Source: Octopus bimaculoides (lineage: Eukaryota). Taken from it: a stretch of DNA of 44,404 nucleotides. Both the position numbers and the translations under genes were made by a program. Below, piece by piece: positions 12,730 through 24,213 of the stretch. The notes under the pieces are model-generated. The model saw only the letters and a list, made by a program, of their open reading frames with translations, made no database searches and was not told where the DNA came from. Every line of letters starts with the position of its first letter. The first letter of the stretch is position 1. The stretch spans positions 163,027,572 to 163,071,975 of the forward strand of contig NC_068982.1 in assembly GCF_001194135.2 (NCBI RefSeq), written 5' to 3'.

Positions 12730-12985
12730 AATCATCATTTAACATTCGCTTTCCACGTTAGTATGGGTTGGACGATTTGACTGGGGACTGGCAAACCAGA
12801 TGGCTACACTAGACTCCAATCTGATCTGGCAGAGTTTCTACAGCTGGATGCCCTTCCTAACACCAACCACTCCAAGAGTGTAGTGGTTGCTTTTTACGTG
12901 CCACCGGCACAAGGGCCAATCAGGCGGAACTAGCAACGGCCACGCTCAAATGGTGTTTTTTACGTGCCACCTGCACAGGATCACC
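12730..12985 (-). mobile_element. RTE LINE 3'-tail repeat
   Basis: ctacagctggatgcccttcctaacaccaaccac and ttttacgtgccacc units, homologous to 23860-24213, 35640-35978 and 42572-43070. Confidence 0.75.
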
Positions 12986-13199
12986 TGATTGATGAAAATA
13001 CAACAAAGAAATCAAAATACTTGTACAATGATTTTATAGAGTGCCTTAATGAAGTTGTGCTAGACAGAAGTGCATACATTTGACTGAAGATAATTTATAT
13101 CACCTGAATCACTTCTTGTGTCCCACTACATCTGCTGTTCCATAGAACATCTCTTGTACTGAAGCATTGGACTAAAGATTACATTTCACATAACCTAAC

Positions 13200-13503
13200 T
13201 TATTATTTTGAAAATAGTGAATGGCAATTTTTTTTCATAAAATATATTTTTATTAAATTTCATTGAAACATCAAGGTGACAAAACTGGCATGACTTTTCA
13301 AAGTCTTGTTCAAGGTGCCAGTGTAGATTTTGGCATGAGGTGTCAAAGTTGTATGTGAATGATAGTTGGGTGTAAAAGGTTATGGGGGAATAAAGAATAG
13401 TATTATCTATGTGAGAGTGATGACATCGATATATTGGTAGAAGGGTGTAGGTACAAGACTGAAACCTGGGGCATATCAATTCATAGAATGTGGGTCAGCT
13501 AGT
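13200..13503 (+). mobile_element. Non-autonomous Helitron-like repeat
   Basis: Ends in ...ggtcagCTAG followed by T. The internal block gaatagt...ctatgtgagagtgatg.catc...atatattggtagaagg recurs at 25349-25410. Confidence 0.4.
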
Positions 13504-14099
13504 GCTCCATCAGTACACCATGGACAGGAACCAACCAATTCAAGAGATGAAAATCAGGTAGAGCCCATAGTTGTATCTGTAATTTACAAATTGATTTACA
13601 CATATTCTTATATCTCCACCTAAGTTTTGGGGAATAAAATTCAGCTTTTGAGACTTTTTGTCTTTAAATCAGAAGTTGTTTATTCTCATGTCAGTTGTGA
13701 ATGAACCAATCTATGATAAAAGATTGGTAGTCAGCCATGAACACCCAAATATCAATTATATATGACACTGTGTGTGTGTGATTTGAAAAAACTCAGATAT
13801 TTCTAGCAAACTGCGCAGTCATTTAAAGCAGCTCTTGCTTAGAGAGGAAAGTCTGAAACGTCAAGTCATGTGATGTTCAAGCCTCATGATAACACTAAAA
13901 ATGATGTTTCAATTTTCTCTATTATAAGTGAGTAATCTTTCTGTAGAGACACCTTTTTTAAAAATAGTGATTGGTAACCAAGTCACACATTTAATTTACC
14001 TCAATACATGACCAATACTCATTTTATCAATTATGGATGCATTTCATCATCACAGACTAAGAAAACAAATCTAAATGTTGCTGGCAATTTAGCACTACC

Positions 14100-15644
14100 A
14101 TTTCTGCCATCACCCTTGCTTGTGCTCTGTCCGGCAAAGTTGCCCCTCTCATCATTCTTGTGTGTACTGACTCTCAAGCTACTACTACACAAGCTGGAGA
14201 TGTTGAGGGGCATCCCACATGATCTAGGATGTGGGAGATGCATGTCAGCATACGCTAACAACATCACTGTCATGGTGTTGGAGCATAAACACATGGAAAC
14301 AATTGGCATTGGTCTCAGGGACTAAGAGGCGATATCAGGAATGACGATTAAACAGGAAAAATCAGTGGGCTTATAGCTTGGCACCTGGAGAAGCAAGTCC
14401 ATGCTGTCAAATTGCATCGTCGGGCACTGGATGGACAGACCGGTTAAATTGCTTGGAGTTTGGTTTGGTCTGGATTTCCAGATAGACAAAAACTGGAACA
14501 AGGTAACGAACAGGGTGACTACTCTCACCCAGAAATGGGCTGAGAGGAAGCTATCCCTGAAAGGGCAGGCAGAGGTGACTAATGCATACATCGCATCTAT
14601 CATCTACTATCACTTGACCATCATACCTTGTCCCAGCCACCATCTGATTACGTTGAAGAGTATACTCTTCCATTTTATGTGGAAGGGATGTATCCCGATG
14701 GTCAGGCAGTCTATCTTCTGCCAACACCCACTGCGTGATGGCCTGGACATACTGTGGTTGATGATGCGCTGAGGGTACAACATCTCCAGTGCTTCCTCGA
14801 CAGTGAACAGGTGTGGTTACCGTTTGCCAGATGCGTATTTAATGGAGCTCCAGTCCTGGGTCAAACAGAGTGCTAGAGAAGGTATTTGGAAAGTGGAATG
14901 CCCTCAAGCACTCACAGTCTTCAGCCAATTGGACACTGCAATAGGTGGAATGTCCACTTTAGATTTTTATAGAGCATTAGTGGAAGTGCACTGACGTTCT
15001 TGGGGAGACCTTGGCTGTTGAAGAAGATAAGCTAGCCGCTCTTTTCCACAGAACTTTAAGCCTGGGACTGATGGATAATTTCCAAAAATCTCTGACTTGG
15101 CAGTGCTACTGGGGAGCTTTACCTGTTTGAGATAAACTTTATAGGCATGAAAGTGCTGTCAGCTGAGCATGTCTGAGATGAACATAGTACGACAAGATGG
15201 TCCTGCATGCACTCATCCAGTGCTTGAGCATTGCTGACCTGTGGGTTTATGTTGAACACCTGCTGTTGTATATAAGACAGATCTGGCTGTCAACTGAATC
15301 CATCATGAAGATCGCCCTGCCCCTTTCCTTTAACTGGGAAGGAAAGGCTGTGTTTATATGCCTGGTGACCATGGCGAAAGAGGTTGTATGGTGGACGAGA
15401 CTGAAAGGGCTGAAGACAAACACTTTTCTCTTTGGCTAATCCTTGATCAACTTCTTTCAGTTTCACTTGAAGAGGAAAATAGGGGAGAGAGGGAAGTGTT
15501 GTCTTCTAGCTAGTTCACTAAAAGGTGGATGAAAAGTGGCAAGAATGGTGTGAATGAATGGGCCTACCCTGAACATACACCTGTAGTTTTTCTTAATGTA
15601 AACCCTTTGTGGTTAATAAAGAAATCATTATTATTATTATTATT
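14100..15644 (+). mobile_element. 5'-truncated Tx1-like L1-clade LINE (RT C-half plus zf-RVT), decayed
   Basis: LPLSSFLCVL (QGCPLSP-like), SAYANNITV (YADD-like), VKLLGVWFG, RKLSLKGQAEV and VLHALIQC...DLW. The ORF ends at 15586, followed by AATAAA 15615-15620 and an (ATT)n tail; stops and frameshifts present. Confidence 0.85.
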
Positions 15645-16344
15645 TCCTTGCGTGACTAGCATGTGGAACTGATAGTAATGACAATCGAGTGAGAATAGTG
15701 ATTTTCTATCAATCTCTGGTATACATTTATTTCATAATAATTAACTGAGGGTAACAAATTAACAATTGTTAGGGCACAATATTTCAGCGCTCCGAGTTCA
15801 ACCGTTGAGTCGGCTTTTCATCAACCTCAGTTTCGATAAATTTCTTTCTCTCGGAAAGGGCTGTGTTGAAGGTTCCAAAGAAGGAGAGGTCAAACTCGTT
15901 TTGTTCTTCTTAACGTACTAATCTTCCTAACAGTCATTCCAGTTTATTTTATCCCATCACCTTTTAATATCTCAGTCCACGCTTTTGACACTTTATTTAC
16001 CTGGTTTCAAAGAAAATTTGACATAAGTTTTTATAATTTTGCTAAATAAAAGCGGGACAACCAGAACCATTGCTCGGAATAACAGCCAAACTCCCCCGAA
16101 ATACTGCCTTAAAAAGTGTTGTCCTTGAAAAATACAATGTTAATGGGTAGAACATCTTCAGTAGTTCTGCTCTAGGCATGGGTAACCTGATTTGTGAAGA
16201 GGGCCACACTACTAAAAATATTCAAGGTAATTTTTCGTTAGGCGTGTCACTTAGAAAGACCCGCAGTTTCCCATAGCTGATGTACTTTACCGAAGCTGAC
16301 CATTGGATCTAAACAACACAGAAGAATAATTAAGTAGGGGAAGT

Positions 16345-16490
16345 AACCCACTTCCATTCTCCACATTGACTTAACATAAGAGTAACTATCGTCGCTCAAC
16401 CTGCTAGAAATAACAGCTATATCTCCCTTACTGTACATCCTATCGTCTTCAAAAAGGAGATATTATTGGACAATGTGGTCCGGGTTAGGA
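16345..16490 (+). mobile_element. SINE fragment (family also at 27900-28100 and 28830-28985 in reverse)
   Basis: ctcaacctgctagaaataacagctatatctccct...tatcgtctt matches the reverse complement at 28900-28970. Confidence 0.55.
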
Positions 16491-16728
16491 ATTTCTGGGG
16501 AAAAAAATGAAGAAGAAAAGTTGGTCGTGACTTGAATAATTTTTGATGAAAAGAAAATGTGCTCGATCGGCATCGACCTGGGGCTAAACAGTAACAACAA
16601 AAGCCTACATAGAGACCTCCCTCGTATTTGTTAATTTGACATGAATACTAATATTACATTTCTTACATTATCGGTTTGATCTAACGCATCAGTTAGATTG
16701 TTACTTGAATTCTGAAAACCCTTTACAG
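16490..16728 (+). promoter_or_regulatory. Putative promoter / 5'UTR exon and intron of the METTL21A-like gene
   Basis: Local CpG enrichment. An acceptor-like ctttacag at 16721-16728, 5 nt before the ATG, implies an upstream non-coding exon; the TSS cannot be determined. Confidence 0.3.
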
Positions 16729-16733
16729 TCAAC

Positions 16734-16937
16734 ATGGAAGTAGCCTATGCAAACAAGACATCCAACAACATTCAATCAAACTGTCCGGCCACATCTCAAG
16801 CTCTGGTTCCTTACGACCATAACATTCCATTCCAACAGTTCAAGACACCCACTCGCAGTTTCCAGTTTGCTGGACAACAACTGACTATTTTACAACAATG
16901 GGATCTGCTAGGAGTTGCAGCTGTCGTCTGGGATTCG
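16734..16937 (+). CDS. METTL21A: METTL21A-like HSPA lysine methyltransferase, coding exon 1
   Basis: MEVAYANK...ALVPYD...RSFQFAGQQLTILQQWDLLGVAAVVWDS, donor gtatgt at 16938, phase 0; matches human ALVPY...F-FA...GVAAVVWDA. Confidence 0.93.
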
Positions 16938-17218
16938 GTATGTAAAATATTCATAATTCCATTTTTATGATACATTTTTAACCAATATCACACACACACA
17001 GGCTCTCTATCTGACGTGAGGCCCGGATAGGGACAATTATTCCTGAAAATACTATTCGTAATGGCGGCCGGCGAAAAGGATTTCTTGTGAAAATCAATAA
17101 CAAAGGGTCAGTTTACATTATAACTGTGAGCGCATTCTAGCAATATATACCTTATAGTATGGGCTCACATGGCTGAGATGTAAACGGAACCCTTCCACCC
17201 TTTAATTTTTTTTTTTAG

Positions 17219-18368
17219 GCTATGGAGATCCGGATTCTGAAAAAAATTTTTTTTTTTTCAGAATCATAATCTCCGTATTTTTGTATGAATGTCGCAAAAG
17301 AGAAATTTCTGGATAAAGTGAAAAATTTAAAAAATGCGGGAAATTGAAATTNNNNNNNNNNNNNNNNNNNNNNNNNNNNNNNNNNNNNNNNNNNNNNNNN
17401 NNNNNNNNNNNNNNNNNNNNNNNNNNNNNNNNNNNNNNNNNNNNNNNNNNNNNNNNNNNNNNNNNNNNNNNNNNNNNNNNNNNNNNNNNNNNNNNNNNNN
17501 NNNNNNNNNNNNNNNNNNNNNNNNNNNNNNNNNNNNNNNNNNNNNNNNNNNNNNNNNNNNNNNNNNNNNNNNNNNNNNNNNNNNNNNNNNNNNNNNNNNN
17601 NNNNNNNNNNNNNNNNNNNNNNNNNNNNNNNNNNNNNNNNNNNNNNNNNNNNNNNNNNNNNNNNNNNNNNNNNNNNNNNNNNNNNNNNNNNNNNNNNNNN
17701 NNNNNNNNNNNNNNNNNNNNNNNNNNNNNNNNNNNNNNNNNNNNNNNNNNNNNNNNNNNNNNNNNNNNNNNNNNNNNNNNNNNNNNNNNNNNNNNNNNNN
17801 NNNNNNNNNNNNNNNNNNNNNNNNNNNNNNNNNNNNNNNNNNNNNNNNNNNNNNNNNNNNNNNNNNNNNNNNNNNNNNNNNNNNNNNNNNNNNNNNNNNN
17901 NNNNNNNNNNNNNNNNNNNNNNNNNNNNNNNNNNNNNNNNNNNNNNNNNNNNNNNNNNNNNNNNNNNNNNNNNNNNNNNNNNNNNNNNNNNNNNNNNNNN
18001 NNNNNNNNNNNNNNNNNNNNNNNNNNNNNNNNNNNNNCAGTGACAAACGAAAAATATACCGCTGATAGTTGTTGTTGACAACGGATAGTTTTTGTTGACA
18101 AACAACGGGACTAATTTTATTCAAGGGAAAAAATCCCGTAACACCGTTGTTTATATTCCACGGCGTAATTGTTTTCACCTCAATAGACGTCAGTGATTGG
18201 TTGAAATTACCGAAATACGACAATTTTTTTACATGAAATAATTTCGAATACAAAATTTTTTATCTGTTCTGTAACACAAAATATACAAGTATTCGAAGTT
18301 TGAAAGTGTTTCGGTACCAAAAACACTACATAAAAAAATGTTGCCCGTCAAATCACAAAGATCCTCTA
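17219..18368. repeat. Unclassified CpG-rich interspersed repeat(s) spanning an assembly gap in METTL21A intron 1
   Basis: CpG-rich and compositionally distinct from the flanks; local hairpin ttctgaaaaaaa...tttttcagaa; ends gatcctcta before (TA)n. The middle is N. Confidence 0.4.
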
Positions 18369-18761
18369 TGGATATATATATATATACACGGGTGAGCACA
18401 TAAATGCAAAACAAGGTGGTAAAAATAGTACTCAAATACCAAAGGTAGAGTAAAATGCTTTTATTAACGCTGCAAAATTATCACCAAACTATTACTCAGT
18501 TTTCATCACAACTGTCCAACAAACAGGAACGTGAAACAGTAAATTTTTGTGATAATTTTGTAGTTTTAATTAAAGTATAATATATGTGTGTATGTCTGTG
18601 TTATAAAATCTTTCTAAAAAGTGTTTATATTATATATTATGCATGCCATACAAAAAGAGTGTTGTAAGTTGCCCTTGACTGAACTGAGGCCTAGCCACTA
18701 CTGTAATATTTAAACTTTGACAACACCTGAGCCATTTCAAAGAGTTATTAATTAACTCTAA

Positions 18762-18959
<198 letters not shown>

Positions 18960-19299
18960 TAGCAAAGCAAAGCTTTTCACTGTTGTGAGGAGTTCAATCT
19001 TAGATTGGTCCTTGTAATGCATGATCTAGTATGTGAAGATTCTGAAGTGGATTGTCTTAGTTCAGTGAGATCCAGTTTAGTGCTGAATTGTCCTGGTTAG
19101 TTGTGAACTAGTATTAGAAGACTTTAGTATTGGATTATTCTGGGTAACTGCAATCCAATATGGTAAGTCTGGATTGCCCTTTTTATGCTTGAGAAAGTAG
19201 GTTTATAATACAGATGCATTGGTTATCAAACATAGTACACCACATAATGTTCATTGAGAAAATTAAATCAACTTTGGTTGACATACATAATATATTGCT

Positions 19300-19480
19300 G
19301 ACACAAGCAACACATCACTAAAATGTAGAATGTCTGAATAACGTATAGAACACGTATGTCAGTGATATGTTCCTGGTTAGTTGTATGTCAATGATATGTT
19401 CACTGACATATAGAACACGTTGCTGACTTACAGATCATATTGCTGACTTTAAATTCCTGACATAGAATCTATTGGTGATG
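19300..19480. repeat. Degenerate ~21-22 bp tandem repeat
   Basis: Recurring acatatagaacacgttgctga-like units. Confidence 0.55.
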
Positions 19481-19739
19481 TACAGAACCCAGGACTATTT
19501 TGAACACATCATTACCATATGGAAATATTGTTTTCTATTCTGTGCATATTGATTTCTTAATGTTAAGGCTACAAAGATAGTGTATTGAACCACTGCAGTG
19601 TATCACTAATATTTTATTGGCACCTTTACAGAGGGATGTAAAACAACTTTGATTTTGAAGTGTTTGATTGAAGTGAAACCTTTACTAAATATCAAAAGAC
19701 ATTTTGTCTGGTACTCTTCAACTCAAACATACTGATTAT

Positions 19740-20400
19740 AGGTTTGAGTAAGCTACTATCACACAGATTGTAGTTCTGCAGTACTATGTATATAACTACA
19801 AACAGTGCATTGTACTACTACACTGTACTACTATATACTGTCTCACTGTAAATATAGATATATCTCACTATATAATACTACCATACTGTCTACAGTATTG
19901 CCATGTTGTATATAGTATTTCTACAATATATATATATAGTACTGTTACACCTTATATAGTGCTACCACACTGTGCATAGTAGCACCATACTATATATTGT
20001 ACTATCACATTATGACTAGTACAGCCATACTGTATATAGTATTACACACAGTGTATAGTACTGTCAGACTGTGTATAATACTGTACACATATGTATAACT
20101 GCCATACTGTATATAGTATATATATGTATAATTGCCATAACTGTATATAGTTCTACCATACTCTATGTAGTACTCCTACATTATACATTGTATTACCTTG
20201 CTTTATATAGTAATTCCATGCTATATATATAGTACTACAATAGTACATATTGCCATACTGTATATAGAACTACAACACTGTGTATAGTACTACAACTCTA
20301 TATATTAATATCACACTAGTATATAGTATGGCAACTCTGTATTTAGTATTACAACACTATATAGTACTACCATACTGTATATAGCAGTGCCACACTATAT
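19740..20400. repeat. Degenerate ~20 bp minisatellite
   Basis: Many diverged ccatactgtatatagtacta-like units. Confidence 0.8.
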
Positions 20401-20539
20401 ACATGGTTGAACAACCAATCCCAACCAGTTGGGATCCATAGTATGGGTTGTACTATTCATTCTTTCAATTGCTGAATGCAAAATGTGGCTCATGAGGGCT
20501 CCATTTATGTGATTTTCCTGAGTCACCATCTCACCCTTT

Positions 20540-20700
20540 TTACATCAATCCTAGTGTTCAACTGGTACTTATTTTATCATCCCTGAAAGGACAAAAGGCT
20601 AAGTCAACCTCAGTAGAATTGGAATTCAGAATGTAAAGATGGACAAAACGTCACTAAACATTTTGTCTGGCATGCTAATGATTCTGCCAGCTTGCAGCCT
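20540..20700 (-). mobile_element. tRNA-derived SINE
   Basis: Reverse complement reads gcaagctggcagaatcattagcatgccagacaaaatgtttag...ttctgaattccaattc...gttgacttagcc...aagtaccagttgaacactagg. Confidence 0.7.
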
Positions 20701-21523
20701 TACTCCATACTATGCATAGAATGGAGTGTTCCATCAATTGACTCTACATAACTTTTTCAATATAATGAGGGAACAGTTGCTCAACAATACACTGAAGTAA
20801 CGCCAGTGTCACTGACCATCAAATGACCATTCCACTGGACATGACAGGACTCCTATTGGTCAGTTGTATATAAAATGCCTTAAGTTATTATATACTTCTG
20901 CTTTCTTCTTATATTTCAGTGTTGTAGTTGCTGCTTAGCCTCAAATCAGCCTTGATTAAGCAAACTTTATAATCAGAGGCTTTCTAGCAATGATCATCTC
21001 ATCTTATTTTTGTCAGACTACATTAATCATGTGTTCTTTTTTTTTTTTTAATGATGGTATGGTATGTGATTTGAAGAAGATTTCATTACCTTTTCTAGCT
21101 GAATGAATGACTACATAGAGAACAGAGATTCCTTCATTGGTTTTAGTTTTATCAGTAATGCAGATATGGTTAGCAACTTTATCTAAGGACCAAGAACAGC
21201 ACTGATTTAATAGTAGAGAGTCTGAAACTAAGAGCTGAGGAGCTAGCCTTTTAGTTAATGTAGCTCATAGATTAATATTATGATATCTGTAGATGGCAGA
21301 AATAGAATGGTAAAATGTCAGATTAAATACCTTGTAATATTTAATGGTACCTCTTAGCATTCTGAGTTCAAATTCAGCCGAGTTTGTCATTGTCTTAAAT
21401 AGAACATTTATTGTTCTGTGCTTTTAATTTTTATTAGTTGAGCAGAAAAATTATTGTTTTTAAGCAGACGTTTGGTTGAAACAAGTAAATAAATATAAAT
21501 TTTGCTTTTTGTTTTTCTTTCAG

Positions 21524-21930
21524 GAGGTGATGTTACTGTGACCGAAAGACAATCAGCCTTGGAAAATCTTTGTGCAAATGTCAATGCCAACACTGCTGTT
21601 TGCGGTAACATTTCTTTACAGGCAAAGAAACTTGATTGGACAAACAACCTCTCTGATTCCTTTGTTGCTGATTATGATCTCATTGTTGGTGCTGATATCA
21701 TTTATATAGAAGAGACATTCCCCCATTTACTAAAAACTCTTCTCTACTTCACAAACCGATCAGGTTCTGTGATACTACTTTCTTGTAAAATTAGATATTC
21801 TAAAGATTCCAAATTTCTAGAACAACTGAAGTGTCATTTTGAAACTGAGCAAATGTTCTATGACACAGCACGGGGTATTCATATTTTTAAAGCTACCAGA
21901 CTATCTTTGGGAAATAAAACACTTGTGTAA
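21524..21930 (+). CDS. METTL21A: METTL21A-like coding exon 3 (terminal)
   Basis: Acceptor ttttctttcag; G+GA junction restores Gly; GDVTVTERQSALENL...LDW...YDLIVGADIIYIEETFPHLLKTL...ILLSCKIRY...TAA. The total 204+112+407=723 nt gives 240 aa. Confidence 0.95.
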
Positions 21931-22360
21931 GATTTTATGAAATTGTAGTCATTGTTGTTATTGTTGTAACTTTTGATTGAACAGACATAAACCAAAGGCC
22001 TTCAACCTTCAAAAAGGACTATTCCATTTTTTGAAATACTTAGGACTAAATTGTCCAATGTTCTTCCTTTTTTTGATGACATAAAAGTGCTATTTAAGGG
22101 AAACAGCTGCTATTTCTTACAGTCAAGTGATTACATAAAGGATTCTATCATTCATTTAATGAAATTCTAGTTTTTTCTTCGATATAAAATTGAAATGCTT
22201 TTTTTAAGAACGAGTTCTTATTTTGGAATTTGGTTTTGATATTTGTGTAAAATATATCTTTTTTTACAGAAATCTGTATTAAATTACGGATCTGAGATTG
22301 TGTGCTGGAACGAAAACAATTGCAGCGTGGAAGGTGTTTATAAGCCATTTAAAATAACAC

Positions 22361-22546
22361 ACAAAATCCGTTAGATTCACTTAATTTGTCAAAATATTTT
22401 CGTCGCTTTGAGACCGCGACCTGTTCACTGACAAAATTCTGTGCTGCATCACAGAATTTTGTCAGTGAACAGGTCGCGGTCTCAAAGCGACGAAAATATT
22501 TTGACAAATCAAATTTAAATGTTGAAGTGAATCTAACGGATTTTGT
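22361..22546. repeat. Foldback palindrome: perfect 60-bp arms (22384-22443 / 22450-22509, loop ctgcat) plus outer perfect 22-bp inverted repeat (22361-22382 / 22525-22546)
   Basis: Base-by-base reverse-complement comparison. Confidence 0.95.
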
Positions 22547-22892
22547 ATTAAATTGTTTCTGGTTTATGTTATTACTAGAAAACTTTACATTTTCCCACTT
22601 CTGGCTCTAAAGTCTATTCTGTTCTGGCAATCCAACTTACTTGAACGCTAATGCTCTGCTGTTAAGTTCTGTGATCTAAGAATTCCAGCCAACACAATTA
22701 GAGTTAAGGTTAGCATTGTGACTGCACTGTAGGAGGTCAGATGTGTTCCACTCAAAATTTTTATATGTCTCAGTCATCTAGGGTCTGGTAAGTACTTAAG
22801 ACAAAGTTTGTATGAGGGGTTGTAATAAGGTTGAAATACTTGTCACTGTACTTGCCAAAGATCATTCATTCCTCATAGCAAGCATATACATA

Positions 22893-23246
22893 ATTACCTC
22901 TGCCTTAGCGAAGGCAGAGGTATTGTTTTCAGGTGTGTTTGTTTGTTTGTCCATGGACAAGATATCTCAAGAACTGCTGGATGGATTTGGATGAAACTTT
23001 CAGGCGTGTTTAGCCTCATGACTGGCATAAATTAATTAGATTTTGGGATCGATCCGGTACCAGACAAGAATTCTGGATTTTTAACTTAATTTTTGAGAGC
23101 GGCCAGGTTCATTTTTAGTGTTCTCGTTTGTGAGAGCAGTCAAGTTTATTTCAGATATTCTCATTTTAAAAATATTCTCCAGCTAATCATTGAGAGGACA
23201 TTGGTGTTGCCTTGGCAGAGGTTTGTGCTCTCTGAGTGCTCTTGTT
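22893..23246 (+). mobile_element. Helentron-associated non-autonomous element (HINE/DINE-1-like)
   Basis: 5' hairpin acctctgcctt-agcg-aaggcagaggt (22896-22921), internal (gttt)n microsatellite, 3' subterminal ggcagaggt (23214-23222), short terminal hairpin gagtgctc and T-rich ends. Confidence 0.7.
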
Positions 23247-23427
23247 TTTAAGTGATTTAAATGTTATAGCTATTTCCCTTGTCTTTCACTATCACTAATT
23301 AATCTTTAAGCTGATTCCAATTCAAGTTGATGGTTTCCCTCTCTCCTAACTATGGCTGTAATTTTAATTAAAAGTTCTTGTCTTGCTACAATAAGCATGT
23401 TAGCATTGAGTTAACTGTTGGTTTCAG

Positions 23428-24213
23428 TAATGTCAGTGTGCTGGTACAACAGAATGGTAACTGATTTAAGAGAAAAACTGGATATAAGAGATATCAGATG
23501 TTGTGGGCAAAAGAGAAGACTGCAGTGGTATGGTCATGTGATGTGCATGAATGAGGACAGCTGCATAAAGAAGTGCCGATCCCTTATTGAGGAGGGAACC
23601 TGTGGAAGGAGTAAATACAGGAAGATGTGAAATGAAGTGTGAGAAAGGAATTTCAGACATTGGGTCTCACAGAAGAGATGACCAGCAGCCAAGACTTCTG
23701 ATGATTTTCTGTGCTTGAGAAGACTCATCAAACTAAGTAAAGTTGTGGCCATCCATACATACAGGCATATACTTCACAGTTATACCCACTACTCTCTCTC
23801 AGTTAAGAGTTTCTTGTCTTACAGGCTTATGGGTACTGGTGCCAGCTCATGAATGCTAGTGCCACACAAAAAAGTACCTGTTTTGACATGTAAAAAGCAC
23901 TCGTACCAGTGCCGTGTACAAAACACCAGTGCCAGTGCCACATAGAAAAGCACCCGTGGTGGTGCAAAGTAAAAGCACCCATGTCAGTGCCACATAACAA
24001 GCTCCTGTGTCAGGGTCAAATATAGAGCACCTGTCCTGGTGCCACGTAAAAAAGCACCCAGTACACTCTGTAAAGTGGTTGGCATTAGGAAATGCATCCA
24101 GCTGTAGAAACCATGTTAAAACAGACAGTTGGAGCAACTCTCCAGCTTGTCGGCTCCTGTCAAACCATCCAACCCATGCCAGCATGGCAAACAGATGTTA
24201 AATAATGATGATT
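23428..24213 (+). mobile_element. RTE-clade LINE 3' end (ORF C-terminus plus tail)
   Basis: LREKLDIRDIRCCGQKRRLQWYGHVMCMNEDSCIKKC...GRSKYRK (RRL-W-GHV-RM and GRP motifs), tandem aaaagcacc units and a gatgat tail. Confidence 0.85.

Noticed and set aside
23698-23730. CTGATGA matches at 23698 and 38527 as hammerheads
   Set aside because: No stem II/GAAA/stem III/NUH arrangement; they lie inside RTE and Tc1 sequence
23860-24070. Repeated aaaagcacc/gtgccac units as a CRISPR-like array
   Set aside because: Irregular, degenerate internal repeats of the RTE tail, found in several copies; eukaryotic context with no cas genes
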